Source of the DNA: Bdellovibrionota bacterium
Lineage (GTDB): Bacteria > Bdellovibrionota_C > UBA2361 > OMII01
Length of the DNA: 34,992 nucleotides
NCBI GenBank assembly: GCA_044345405.1
Contig: JBIJBE010000038.1
Location: 1 to 34,992 of the forward strand
Reading direction: 5' to 3'
Positions within the stretch are counted from its first letter, which is position 1; each line of letters opens with the position of its first letter. Below the pieces are notes generated by a model, which ran no database searches, was not told the origin of the DNA, and worked only from the letters and a program-made list of their open reading frames with translations. The position numbers and the translations under genes were made by a program. Of the stretch, positions 18,018 through 27,234 are shown one piece after another.

Positions 18018-19667
18018 CTATACTCCCTGACCTGCATTGATGGAGAGCCGGCTCGGGTCGCTCAGTAAGCTTAAAGCCCGATTCCATGACTTGTCGAGGC
18101 AGAGCCGCGCGCAGGTGCGTATCGCGTGGTTAGCAAGAGCGGGGGATGCGCCCTCATTTTCCAGCATCACTAAACGAGTCTTGAGATATGGTACGTCACC
18201 CTCTTTAAACGAACCTATGTGTCGTGCGTCTCGAGCGTTTTGAAGCCCGGTGAAATAGAGGGTAGCCGGCTTGGTTTCTCTAATGGTGGTGTCCAAGTTC
18301 CATTTAGCAAGTAGCCCGCCGCAATCGATGAGGAACCACGAGAGGTTGTATCCTACCTCGCGCTGGTAGTATGGCAGCGTCGGATGGGAATCGAACGCGC
18401 CTGATTTCAGAGCTTCGTATTGTTTGAGGTAAAATTCACACAGAGATCGTAGAAATGCCTCTTTGGTCTCTACTGGAAATCCGGGGAGAGAGACATACCG
18501 CCAAGCCTCCCCAGCGTCAGTCTCGGTGATAAGTCGACTATTTTCCACCACGTTGATCGGGATGCGAGACATAAGATCGTTCACTAACTGGACCGCTTTC
18601 TCGCGGACGAGAGGATCGCTCATATCTATCGATAATTCATCTCCTGTTGGTGTGGATGCGAGTTCTGGAAAGGACTCAGCTGTTAGAGGGAGTCTCCCGA
18701 TTAGGGTAATAAAGTTTCGTTCACTGCCAGCACGGCATTCAGAGATCTGCCAATCTCCCATAGTACAATCGAGGTCAAAGCGCCCGACCCGACCCTTAGC
18801 TCGGAGAAGGCCAGTCGGAGCCCCAGCTTTTACTGCGGATATGACGGTATCAGGACTCATACCTGAGGGGACGTTCAATGTGATGGTAAATTCTTGGTGC
18901 GCTTTGGGTAGGGGTTTGCTCGCAAATTGAACACCGCGGGTGAAAAGAGATATCTCCCTCAATGCGGGCAGTGGGGTGTCAGAATGCACTTGTGTTAAAG
19001 AAGCGACCGAAACGAGCGGGGAGGGCACGTTAAGGCACAGCTCACCGAGAGGTTTGCCCGATGGAGCGATCTCTATTTTCTGGGCGGTAGGATTGAACCT
19101 CTCGACCTCTGTCATCACTCTGTGGAGAGTCGCGTCATCGCGAATCCCAGCATCATTTTGAGTCCACGTGAGCGCAACTATGTCTGCGTGTGGAATCGTA
19201 TCGGCGGTACGTCCCAAGAGTGTGTTGTCATCAAAATGTTTTACATCGACAGTTACGATCACCATCGTTGGGATTTTAAGCTTATGAAGGAGGTTTTTCA
19301 CGGCGGACGGCTTCGCGATTCCCGTTGTTTCAATGAAGAGCGTCGTTATCTCAGGTTGCGCACGTAGCTGAGTGACGGCCGCCTGGAGTGAGTGTAGGTC
19401 GTTGCAGCAGATGCATCCCGCAGTAACTTCGAGCACGTTCTCTGGGCTGGTCCGCAAGCGGTTTTTGTCAGTATTGGTTGCGCCGATGTCGTTTTCAATA
19501 ACAACAAAAGAGCCAGGCTTGTTCGATGCCGCGGTCGTTTGCAGGAGATGGTTAAGGAGGGTTGTCTTTCCGCTGCCTAAGGTGCCTGAGATGACAATCG
19601 CTCTTGGGGGCAAGGAAAGGGGAGCTTCTGTGAAAGAGTGGAGCGGGACGTGGGCAGGGGATGACAT
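18018..19667 (-). CDS. divergent COG0523/CobW-like GTPase with C-terminal extension
   Basis: GTLGSGKTT, VIENDIG, GCICC, IETTGIAKP, LLRAKG; start reassigned to ATG 19667 downstream of the promoter. Confidence 0.8.
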   Translation of the reverse strand: MSSPAHVPLHSFTEAPLSLPPRAIVISGTLGSGKTTLLNHLLQTTAASNKPGSFVVIENDIGATNTDKNRLRTSPENVLEVTAGCICCNDLHSLQAAVTQLRAQPEITTLFIETTGIAKPSAVKNLLHKLKIPTMVIVTVDVKHFDDNTLLGRTADTIPHADIVALTWTQNDAGIRDDATLHRVMTEVERFNPTAQKIEIAPSGKPLGELCLNVPSPLVSVASLTQVHSDTPLPALREISLFTRGVQFASKPLPKAHQEFTITLNVPSGMSPDTVISAVKAGAPTGLLRAKGRVGRFDLDCTMGDWQISECRAGSERNFITLIGRLPLTAESFPELASTPTGDELSIDMSDPLVREKAVQLVNDLMSRIPINVVENSRLITETDAGEAWRYVSLPGFPVETKEAFLRSLCEFYLKQYEALKSGAFDSHPTLPYYQREVGYNLSWFLIDCGGLLAKWNLDTTIRETKPATLYFTGLQNARDARHIGSFKEGDVPYLKTRLVMLENEGASPALANHAIRTCARLCLDKSWNRALSLLSDPSRLSINAGQGV

Positions 19668-19712
19668 AACTACTAAGGCCTCGTAAAAACGCCGAACATC
19701 GGGCGAGGGGGG

Positions 19713-19741
19713 ACTATACGCAACTCGGTTGCATATGGCAA
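19713..19741 (-). promoter_or_regulatory. sigma70-like promoter with putative Zur box 3 (19718-19734) filling the -35/-10 spacer
   Basis: minus strand reads TTGCCA-tatgcaaccgagttgcg-TATAGT (17-bp spacer). Confidence 0.8.
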
Positions 19742-19763
19742 GGGCCCGTGGTACATCACGGGG

Positions 19764-21221
19764 ATGAATGTTGTAACAAACCACTCCACTCATGTAATTG
19801 TTGTCGGCTCCGGGATTATAGGGGGGAGCATCTCATTAGCTCTTCTGCGGAAGGGGGTTTCGGTCTGTCAGGTTCGACCCTTATCCGGTCGACGGGAGAG
19901 CGCTTCGCTCGCGGCTGGTGCGATGCTTGGGGCGTTCGCGGAGGTTACAGCGGATAAGAATTCTGCCCTCGATAAAGAGGAGACCGCTTTTCGCGTTCGG
20001 TCGAGTTCCCTCTATCCTGAATGGCTAGCTGAGCTGTCTGCTCTGAGTGGTAGCGCTATAGATAGTGGCATGGGCACGTTTATCGTAGCGAACACGTTCG
20101 GTCGACATGATCTAAGGAATATTCAGGCGATAGAGAGGGAGCTCGCACGATTTGGGAGCCCGTATGAAACGGTCGATGAGTGTGATGTTCCCGGCTATCA
20201 TCCAAACGAGCGGTATCTACCGCGCAAGATTCTCTGGCTCCCTCAAGAGGGATTTGTGGACACCGTTGCTCTCATGTCCGCGCTGGACGCCGCCACAGAG
20301 AGCCATCCTCGCTTCTCCCACGAGAATTGTTGGGTAGACCGCCTTATGCTCCGTGGCGGTAAGGTGTGTGGTGTTGTGCTCCCCGACGGTAGAGAGCTTG
20401 AGGGAGACCATGTGGTGTTGGCCGCAGGCGTTGGAACGCAGGCTCTTCTTGAGGCGCTTCCCGATGAAGCACGACTGTCATCTCCACGGCTCATGCCGGG
20501 CAAGGGCACTTCCCTTATTCTTGAGACCTCCGAACACTTTCCTCATGTGCTACGTTCTCCTAATCGTGATTTTGCTTGTGGAATTCACGTTGTCCCACGT
20601 GGCAAGGGAAGAATTTACGTGGGAGCAACCAATCGCACTGCCTCCTGTCCCGGGACATCAACGGGAGCATCTGTTGAGGAGGTTCACGACCTCCTGCATG
20701 AGGTTGTTCATGAATTTAATACCTCCCTCGATTCGGCAACCATTGAGTCTATTCGGGTGGGAAGCCGACCTATCTGCGTTGACGGATACCCTTTAGTTGG
20801 ATCGACCGAGTGTCCCGGACTTTCCTTAGCGACGGGTACCTATCGAAATGGCGTGCTCATGGCTCCTCTGATTGGCCGTATTATCGCGAGTGAGATAGTG
20901 GGGGACGCCATAAATGAAGCGAACCCTTTCTCTCCACGAGGGAGAAAACTTCGGGATGACACGCTCAGCTCCTCGGCTCTCTTCAAAAGTGGCGCCGAGG
21001 GGATCGTATCATTCTTGCCATCTCCTCACGGTGCGCTTCCCTATAAACGGTCGGAGGAGCTGAGCGGGTTCTTGCATACGCTCCTATCGATGGCGCTCAA
21101 GGATGGTGATGAGCTTGAATCGCTGCGACAAGAGGCTCGAAGGTTGCTGCAATCGCAGCCGATGAACGAGTCCTTTGCTCAGCTCTTCTTCATGCTCGGC
21201 GAACACCAGCCAGTCGGATAA
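19764..21221 (+). CDS. FAD-dependent oxidoreductase, glycine oxidase (ThiO)/DAAO-like
   Basis: GSGIIG, ASLAAGAML, VGAT, GSRP, ATGTYRNGVLMAP; extra ~100-aa C-terminal region. Confidence 0.85.
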   Translation: MNVVTNHSTHVIVVGSGIIGGSISLALLRKGVSVCQVRPLSGRRESASLAAGAMLGAFAEVTADKNSALDKEETAFRVRSSSLYPEWLAELSALSGSAIDSGMGTFIVANTFGRHDLRNIQAIERELARFGSPYETVDECDVPGYHPNERYLPRKILWLPQEGFVDTVALMSALDAATESHPRFSHENCWVDRLMLRGGKVCGVVLPDGRELEGDHVVLAAGVGTQALLEALPDEARLSSPRLMPGKGTSLILETSEHFPHVLRSPNRDFACGIHVVPRGKGRIYVGATNRTASCPGTSTGASVEEVHDLLHEVVHEFNTSLDSATIESIRVGSRPICVDGYPLVGSTECPGLSLATGTYRNGVLMAPLIGRIIASEIVGDAINEANPFSPRGRKLRDDTLSSSALFKSGAEGIVSFLPSPHGALPYKRSEELSGFLHTLLSMALKDGDELESLRQEARRLLQSQPMNESFAQLFFMLGEHQPVG

Positions 21222-21376
21222 AGGATTTTCTTTCCCCTTGAAAATGTTCGCCATAACCACCCATAAGATGGACGTCTGTCTGCGAGAAGCAAATTCTAGG
21301 GAGATATTCGAAAGCTAGTGTCCCTTTAAGAAAGCCGCACTAATTACAAAAGCCGCTTCTTGTGCTCGTGATGTCC

Positions 21377-22228
21377 TCACGAGAGAGCATTGAGCAATTC
21401 TCTCACCTCTGAGTATTTTCGGCGACTGACTGGCAACGTCCTGCCATTTGAAAGAACGCACTCGGTGTTTCCATCCTTTTTTGTGAGCTGTTTAACATGA
21501 TCTCGCGATACCCAGTGGGATCTGTGAACCTGCACTCCGGAGTTAGACGGAAGCTCCTCGATGGCGTCTTTTAGGTTGTAGAGAAACATGACCTCCGCGT
21601 CAGTGGTGGTCACACGGAGGTAATGCAGCTCCGAGCTGATCGAAATCAAATCACCTGAAGCTCGGTTCCTCAGCTCCTGAAGAAATCGCCCGGTTTGTTG
21701 TGTGTCCTCGGAAAGGTTCTTTTTACTATCGCCAGGCTGTTCAGGAGCCACTTCAGGTGGTTTTAGAGAAAAATCCAGCTGGAATATCCACGGGGCATTT
21801 AGAGCTATCCAGGTTATTGTCACAGGGACGAGCACGCCCGCGGCTTCGTCAATCAATCCAAGTAAGATACTGTCGGAAGATACATCGTCAGGGATCGCGA
21901 AAAGCAGATCAAGAGAGTAGGCAATAGGCACGAACAGTAGGGACGCCACCACTCCAGACAGCGCTGTTTGTATCCATGGGTTCTGGGGAGTTCTGAGATT
22001 AACGTACTGAGAGGCGATATGTTGGGTGGCAATCAAAAGGGGGATGAGGATGGATATTTGAATAGTCCAGAAAACAAGCCCCTTCCACCAACCGATACCG
22101 GCCGCCCCAGCAGGTTCCATCCATGCGAAGATTACAATGAGCGCCACTGAGCTGAAGAGGAAGTACCTCTCGACGGACACCGCGTTTGAGTTAAACAAAC
22201 TTACCGACTGTTTTTTCGTTCCGCTCAT
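21377..22228 (-). CDS. membrane-anchored LytTR-domain regulator
   Basis: four hydrophobic N-terminal helices; SELHYLRV, QVHRSHWV and LPVSRR LytTR motifs. Confidence 0.9.
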   Translation of the reverse strand: MSGTKKQSVSLFNSNAVSVERYFLFSSVALIVIFAWMEPAGAAGIGWWKGLVFWTIQISILIPLLIATQHIASQYVNLRTPQNPWIQTALSGVVASLLFVPIAYSLDLLFAIPDDVSSDSILLGLIDEAAGVLVPVTITWIALNAPWIFQLDFSLKPPEVAPEQPGDSKKNLSEDTQQTGRFLQELRNRASGDLISISSELHYLRVTTTDAEVMFLYNLKDAIEELPSNSGVQVHRSHWVSRDHVKQLTKKDGNTECVLSNGRTLPVSRRKYSEVRELLNALS

Positions 22229-22240
22229 GTGAGGAGCTTA

Positions 22241-22273
22241 CCACTCGTGCATTTTGCTCGCCACTGATGCATT
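22241..22273. promoter_or_regulatory. direct repeat, candidate LytTR binding site
   Basis: CCACTCGTGCATT (22241-22253) and CCACTGATGCATT (22261-22273), 20-bp period. Confidence 0.5.
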
Positions 22274-22358
22274 CCAAATACTTAGGGAGTTGAAGAAGGG
22301 CTACAGCTCAGTCTACAAGGGAATTTTAGGGCCTATTTTTTTTGGAGGTATGCGGAAC

Positions 22359-23039
22359 ATGGGAGCTCAAAATGGTTTGAACAGAGTTATGCGCATAGGC
22401 TGTGTGGCAGTGATGCTCATGATGTTTGGGGGATCCCAACAATCATTCGCGGACAATCCGGATTACCAGGGACCGTTTGTTAAACTCCATGGGGGCCTCA
22501 ATTTTGCGCTCGACTCGGACTTTGACGGGAGCGGTCCAAGCTTTCCCTCTGGTGACGCTAGCTTAGAGGCAGGAGCGATAGTGGGGATGGCTGGGGGGTA
22601 CCGCTTTAACAGGAGCTTCGCCGCCGATCTTGAATATTCGTACCGGCGGAACGACATCGACAAGATTGAGGGATCCGGAGGAATGATAATCGCTGATGGT
22701 GGTGACCTTGCGTCAGTGGCAATTATCGCAAATGGGTACTACTTCCTTGATTTTTCCGACACTTGGTCGCCGTACGTAGGATTAGGAGTTGGGCTTCTTC
22801 AAGAAATTGATTCTGACGTCGAATTGGTGGGGATATCGGACCAAAAAGATCTCGAGGACCAAGTCTTCGCATGGCAGGCAATACTGGGAGCTGAGGTTCC
22901 ACTGGACGAAAGCTGGCGCTTTTATGGGGAGGGGCGATTTATGTCCGCACCAGGAACAGACCTGAGCAACGGCAACGGCTCTTACAGAGTAGATTATAAC
23001 AATCTCTCCTTAATTGCCGGTATTGGATATCAGTTCTAA
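22359..23039 (+). CDS. 8-stranded outer-membrane beta-barrel protein (OmpA-TM/OmpW-like)
   Basis: signal peptide, ADLEYSYR, SPYVGLGVG, FAWQAILG and terminal GIGYQF; GGAGG RBS before ATG 22359. Confidence 0.88.
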   Translation: MGAQNGLNRVMRIGCVAVMLMMFGGSQQSFADNPDYQGPFVKLHGGLNFALDSDFDGSGPSFPSGDASLEAGAIVGMAGGYRFNRSFAADLEYSYRRNDIDKIEGSGGMIIADGGDLASVAIIANGYYFLDFSDTWSPYVGLGVGLLQEIDSDVELVGISDQKDLEDQVFAWQAILGAEVPLDESWRFYGEGRFMSAPGTDLSNGNGSYRVDYNNLSLIAGIGYQF

Positions 23040-23142
23040 GTAGGCAAGCCCTAAGCCGTATTTGGGCGTAAGAGCGGTCGAACCCTGTGGCGGGGAAAAA
23101 CCCCACCCAGGATCGAGAGCGCCCCAGAAATCTGGTCCACCC

Positions 23143-23170
23143 CAACTTCTCTCCCGCAACTTCTCTCCCG
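23143..23170. repeat. perfect 14-bp tandem duplication running into a hairpin
   Basis: CAACTTCTCTCCCG x2, overlapped by TCCCGAGG/CCTCGGGA stem. Confidence 0.75.
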
Positions 23171-23394
23171 AGGGGCCTCGGGGATAAGAGAGGGTGAGTC
23201 TCGTCAACGTGGCAAGCCCAATAGTGAAGTTCGTAAGGGTCGTGTGGTATCACTGGCTGGCTTTGGGTGGATATAAACTTAAGAAGGAATAGTATAAGCC
23301 AGCTTAAAGGTTGTCATCGAAAACACAAAGTCCGGCTTCTTGTTCGAGTTAAAGCTACTACGTTGATCGCTGCGTTAGAAAGAATTGCACAACC

Positions 23395-23426
23395 TACTCC
23401 CTGGTAGTTTTACTCCCTGGTAGTTT
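23395..23426. repeat. perfect 16-bp tandem duplication at the 3' end of the ATPase gene
   Basis: TACTCCCTGGTAGTTT x2. Confidence 0.8.
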
Positions 23427-24367
23427 TAGGTGGGTTTGCCATCTGACTCAAATGGTCCATCGAGACCGGTATGTAGGGTCTGATTGTAGTAGGCGTTGTA
23501 CCACCATTCGCAGTTCTTCTGATGAATCTCATGAAGGCGCGTTTGGAACGCTCCCCAGGAGCGTCGACGCCGACTACATTCACTCTTAAGGGTTCTCCAC
23601 ACGTTGTCGTGCTCGTCGACAAAGGCTCGAAACGCGGCAGGATCTCCCTGCTCACTGTGGCGAAGGTGTCCTGAGTGAGAGACGCTACCAACGATGCACG
23701 CGTCAGGAAGCGCCTTTCGAACAAAATCAAGGTCACTTTCTGATACTACCTTATTGATCAGTACGACCGTGCGCGTCGCTGACTCCGCGTCCGTAGCGAG
23801 GTAATCTTTGTAGACATTTATCGACTTAGTAGTCGGCTCAATCACAAAGACGTTCAGGTCGTATGCCGCAACGAGCGAAGTAGAGAGTGTGTCGACACCC
23901 GCAGTCGCGTCTACGACTACCCAATCATTTTCAGTATCTTTGAGATGGTTGAGGACTACGCACATAGAGTGCAGCTTGGTATGATAGCAGTTCGCGCCGA
24001 CATCATGTTCTTGAAAACCTCCGACCCGTAAGAAGGACAGCGAGCCACGTGTTGTCGCGTAGCGCGCAAGAAACGGATCCTCTTCGTCGCAAGTAATAAA
24101 CCGAGAATCTGGGGACGGAGGTGTTGTGGATAGTAGCGGACGCTCTCCAAGGTCTTTGCGTTCTCCGCGAACATAGCCAGCTATCTCATCGTACAATCTG
24201 CCGAGTTGAGGTGGAGCGGGCTCTATATCAAGAGCCTCTTGAAGATGCGTGTTAACATCACCGTCAATTGCTATGACTCGGGTTCCCATCCCCTCCAGCC
24301 AGCGAGTAAAAGCGGCGGTAATAGTCGTTTTACCGCTTCCCCCCTTGCCAAGAAATCCGATTCTCAT
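23426..24367 (-). CDS. CooC/MinD-like P-loop ATPase
   Basis: deviant Walker A GKGGSGKTT, IDGD, VVVDATAG, VIEPT, INKV; GAGG RBS. Confidence 0.85.
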   Translation of the reverse strand: MRIGFLGKGGSGKTTITAAFTRWLEGMGTRVIAIDGDVNTHLQEALDIEPAPPQLGRLYDEIAGYVRGERKDLGERPLLSTTPPSPDSRFITCDEEDPFLARYATTRGSLSFLRVGGFQEHDVGANCYHTKLHSMCVVLNHLKDTENDWVVVDATAGVDTLSTSLVAAYDLNVFVIEPTTKSINVYKDYLATDAESATRTVVLINKVVSESDLDFVRKALPDACIVGSVSHSGHLRHSEQGDPAAFRAFVDEHDNVWRTLKSECSRRRRSWGAFQTRLHEIHQKNCEWWYNAYYNQTLHTGLDGPFESDGKPT

Positions 24368-24393
24368 GATCTACCTCTTCGTTGTTGAAATAA

Positions 24394-25713
24394 TTATGTA
24401 TTCGCGACGAACTTTACAGCCTCAGGCGCGTTCAGCCACGCGCGGTATCCGCCCTCCAGCGAGAACGCCTCGAATCCCCGTTTCGCGAGGTACGCCGCGA
24501 CGGGACGAGTGAATACTCCATGTTGACACACAAAGACTATCGCGCGCTCCCTCGGGAAAGGAACGCTTGTTTGAAGAATACGTTGGAGATCCTCGAGTGG
24601 ATAATTAAGTGCCTCTGGCAGGTGCTCAAGGGAGTAGGCAACTGTTGAGCGAGTATCGATGATTAAGGGAGGCCTATCCCTTATAAGAGTTCGCAGTTGT
24701 AGCGCGTTTACGGCAGGTGCCTCAGATATCTCCTCCTCTTCGAGGTCGTGCCATAGTTTTCCACGGGACTCCAGTCCAAAGATATCAGGCCGTCGTTCCT
24801 TAACGTAGGAGATATAACTTTCCATACGATCACACGCGAAGAGCACGGCGGTATGTTGTCGTGTGAGCTCGCTGTCGATCGTGCGTAGGTATTCAACTGC
24901 TCCGTAAAAATTCGCGCCAGATGAGGGGCCCGCTGGTATTCCGCATCTTCGAATAAGGGTCACCATTCCCTCGATAGCGTCTCGTGAGCTGACTGACAGG
25001 AGTTGATGGTAGGCGTCACGGCGAAATACCCCATTCTCCCATAGCTCCTCGGCGCTCCTAATGCCTGGTATGAAATCATGCCTCCGAGCCGTTAAGCCTA
25101 TCAGCTTAAGCTCACTATTTGCGAGCCTAAGAGTATCTGCGGTGCCGCAGGAGCTTCCCGCTGTGCCAACACCTGCTATGAGAAAATCGACTCGGGGCAG
25201 ATCCGCGCCTATCTCAATTCCTGTCGTCTCGGCATGTGCTCGCGGGTTATCTCGATTGGTAAATTGCGATGTAAAGAAAACCTGATTAGGGGATTCGGCA
25301 GCTCGCCGCTCAAGCGCGTACTGAGGATCATTGGGGTCGTTCGGATCGAAACAGTCGCTGGCATTTGGGACCTCTTCAATTGAAGCTCCCATCAGTCGCA
25401 AAATATCCTTCTGTTCTTTTACTCTGGTCAGGCCACTGACGAGAGAGAAAGGAATGCCATCAATTGAGCATAGAGCCTGGAGAGCTTTCGCCGTATTTCC
25501 ACTGGAGTTCTCTACGACAACCGCGTTTTCCTGTTGTAGTCGTTCGCGATGGGGCGCAAGCATCGCTTTCGCGATGCGGTCCTTGATTGAGCCAAATGGA
25601 TTGAGGAGCTCAAGCTTGGCGTAGAGGCGGACGTTGCGTAATCCATGGACCGACGCTGGGATCTCAAGCAGAGGGGTATTTCCAATAAGCTCATGGATTG
25701 ATGAGGCTATCAT
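24394..25713 (-). CDS. PLP-dependent cysteine-synthase-family enzyme fused to a C-terminal rhodanese domain
   Basis: IGNTPL, KLELLNPFGSIKDR, SSGNT, GVGTAGS, GPSSG; rhodanese IIDTR…HLPEA…FVCQHG…LEGGY; AAGGAGGA RBS and 4-bp overlap with the upstream gene. Confidence 0.9.
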   Translation of the reverse strand: MIASSIHELIGNTPLLEIPASVHGLRNVRLYAKLELLNPFGSIKDRIAKAMLAPHRERLQQENAVVVENSSGNTAKALQALCSIDGIPFSLVSGLTRVKEQKDILRLMGASIEEVPNASDCFDPNDPNDPQYALERRAAESPNQVFFTSQFTNRDNPRAHAETTGIEIGADLPRVDFLIAGVGTAGSSCGTADTLRLANSELKLIGLTARRHDFIPGIRSAEELWENGVFRRDAYHQLLSVSSRDAIEGMVTLIRRCGIPAGPSSGANFYGAVEYLRTIDSELTRQHTAVLFACDRMESYISYVKERRPDIFGLESRGKLWHDLEEEEISEAPAVNALQLRTLIRDRPPLIIDTRSTVAYSLEHLPEALNYPLEDLQRILQTSVPFPRERAIVFVCQHGVFTRPVAAYLAKRGFEAFSLEGGYRAWLNAPEAVKFVANT

Positions 25714-27209
25714 AGCTCCTCCTTAAGGTAGGGACGGTACTCTTCATCTAAGGCCCACTTAGTCTCGTGTTCGCGAAACCATACCGCGACTTTGCGCGCG
25801 ACAGGTTGGTGAAGGGTCGGGGATTCAGCAAAATCCATGATGTAAGGAGCGGTATTCGCGAAAGCGATAAGATCTCCTGGTGCGACTCGTTGTCCGAAGT
25901 GAATCGAGCGGGGAGTTAAAAGCTCATTAGCGACGCAAAGGTTGCCCGTCAGAAAATACCCATGGTCGCACGGTTCGGCAGAAAACTTTCTAGGAAGTAA
26001 AATAGGATCGGTTAGGAGAGTGAGTTCAAAAGCATTGAGGTTTGAGCGATTCATCCGTAACACAACAAGCGGGTGCCCCTGTTCAGATCTTCGGACACTG
26101 AGTACCTCTGCCACGGTGAGGCCCACCTGATCGAGCAGGGCTCTTCCCGGTTCAATCCACAATTCCAATACAGACTCGCTCAATAGGCGTCCCGCTGGCA
26201 CGGCGGAAAATGAGGGTAATTCCTGACGAAGGAGAGCGCACAACTGATCCGCAGGTGGAAGTGGCTCGGCATGGTCCATGAATCGAGGCGAGCCTTTGAT
26301 GCGACCATTTTCGGTGCTGAAGCCCAGACCGGACCGGTTCCATGTGCAGGCCTTACCCTGTCCGGTGATAGAGCCTTTGAGGCGTACGATGAAGTTCTCC
26401 CATTCGTAGGTATTTTTCGCGTACCTGATGCGGAAACCACCACCAATGTTCACTACCCGAGGGGTGAAACCTCTTTGCTTGGCGGCGAAGAGAATTGAGA
26501 GGGTCTGCTCAAGCGCGAGAACCCGATATTCGATTGAATCGGTATTGAGGTGGTAGGAGAACCCGAGCAGCGATACTTCGTGGGTGTGAGCGTGAAGCTT
26601 CGGCCATAAATCGGGGATGCTGTCGATAGAGACACCAAAGGTGCCATCACTCACCGCAAAAGCGTTGCGCGGACTCTTGAATCCGGAGAGGCGAACGAGG
26701 ATTTGAGTTTTCTCCGCAATTCCGAGCTTTTTCTTGAGCGCGCAAATCAGATCGATCTCGGCGATGTCATCAACGTTGATGACGATCCCTTGCAGAAGTG
26801 CGAAGGAGAGGTATCCCTGATCTTTGGGACCGGTCGCCTCAATTCGTGAAGGAGGGACGCCAGCTGAGAGAGCCGCAGCGAGGGATCCTTCGGATGACAC
26901 GTCCACCCCGATGGTAGGAGAGCACGCGATTTCTCGAACGATGGAAGATGAGCGGTTGGGCTTGGTTGTAAGAAAAACTCTGCCGTCTATGCCATAGTGT
27001 TCGAACGTCTCATGAAATGGTCTTACGTTTTCGGATACGCGTTCGGGGAATAGAACGTTTAGAGGTGAGCTTAGTGATGCGACGAGGCGCTTCAGGAGTT
27101 CGCTTTCTAATAGGCGACCGGATTCAGAGCTAAGAAGGGCCTCTATTCTAGAGCCCTCCGGCGTATGGATCTTAGATGCGCCAGCTGTGGGGAGAACTGT
27201 ATATTCCAT
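25710..27209 (-). CDS. fold-type III PLP decarboxylase (diaminopimelate decarboxylase-like, Y4yA type)
   Basis: TTKPN (PLP Lys), DVSS, TGPK, YHL, NIGGGF, EPGRALLD, GNLC and NTAPY motifs. Confidence 0.85.
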   Translation of the reverse strand: MEYTVLPTAGASKIHTPEGSRIEALLSSESGRLLESELLKRLVASLSSPLNVLFPERVSENVRPFHETFEHYGIDGRVFLTTKPNRSSSIVREIACSPTIGVDVSSEGSLAAALSAGVPPSRIEATGPKDQGYLSFALLQGIVINVDDIAEIDLICALKKKLGIAEKTQILVRLSGFKSPRNAFAVSDGTFGVSIDSIPDLWPKLHAHTHEVSLLGFSYHLNTDSIEYRVLALEQTLSILFAAKQRGFTPRVVNIGGGFRIRYAKNTYEWENFIVRLKGSITGQGKACTWNRSGLGFSTENGRIKGSPRFMDHAEPLPPADQLCALLRQELPSFSAVPAGRLLSESVLELWIEPGRALLDQVGLTVAEVLSVRRSEQGHPLVVLRMNRSNLNAFELTLLTDPILLPRKFSAEPCDHGYFLTGNLCVANELLTPRSIHFGQRVAPGDLIAFANTAPYIMDFAESPTLHQPVARKVAVWFREHETKWALDEEYRPYLKEEL

Positions 27210-27234
27210 GGTTGAATACCGTTGGTCATCTTAT

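Noticed and set aside
19668-19793. N-terminal extension of the third COG0523
   Set aside because: Overlaps its own promoter/operator and the divergent gene start.
25710-27209. Calling this gene lysA and its neighbour cysK
   Set aside because: Larger size, divergent motifs (TTKPN), rhodanese fusion and operator context argue against housekeeping orthologs; symbols withheld.
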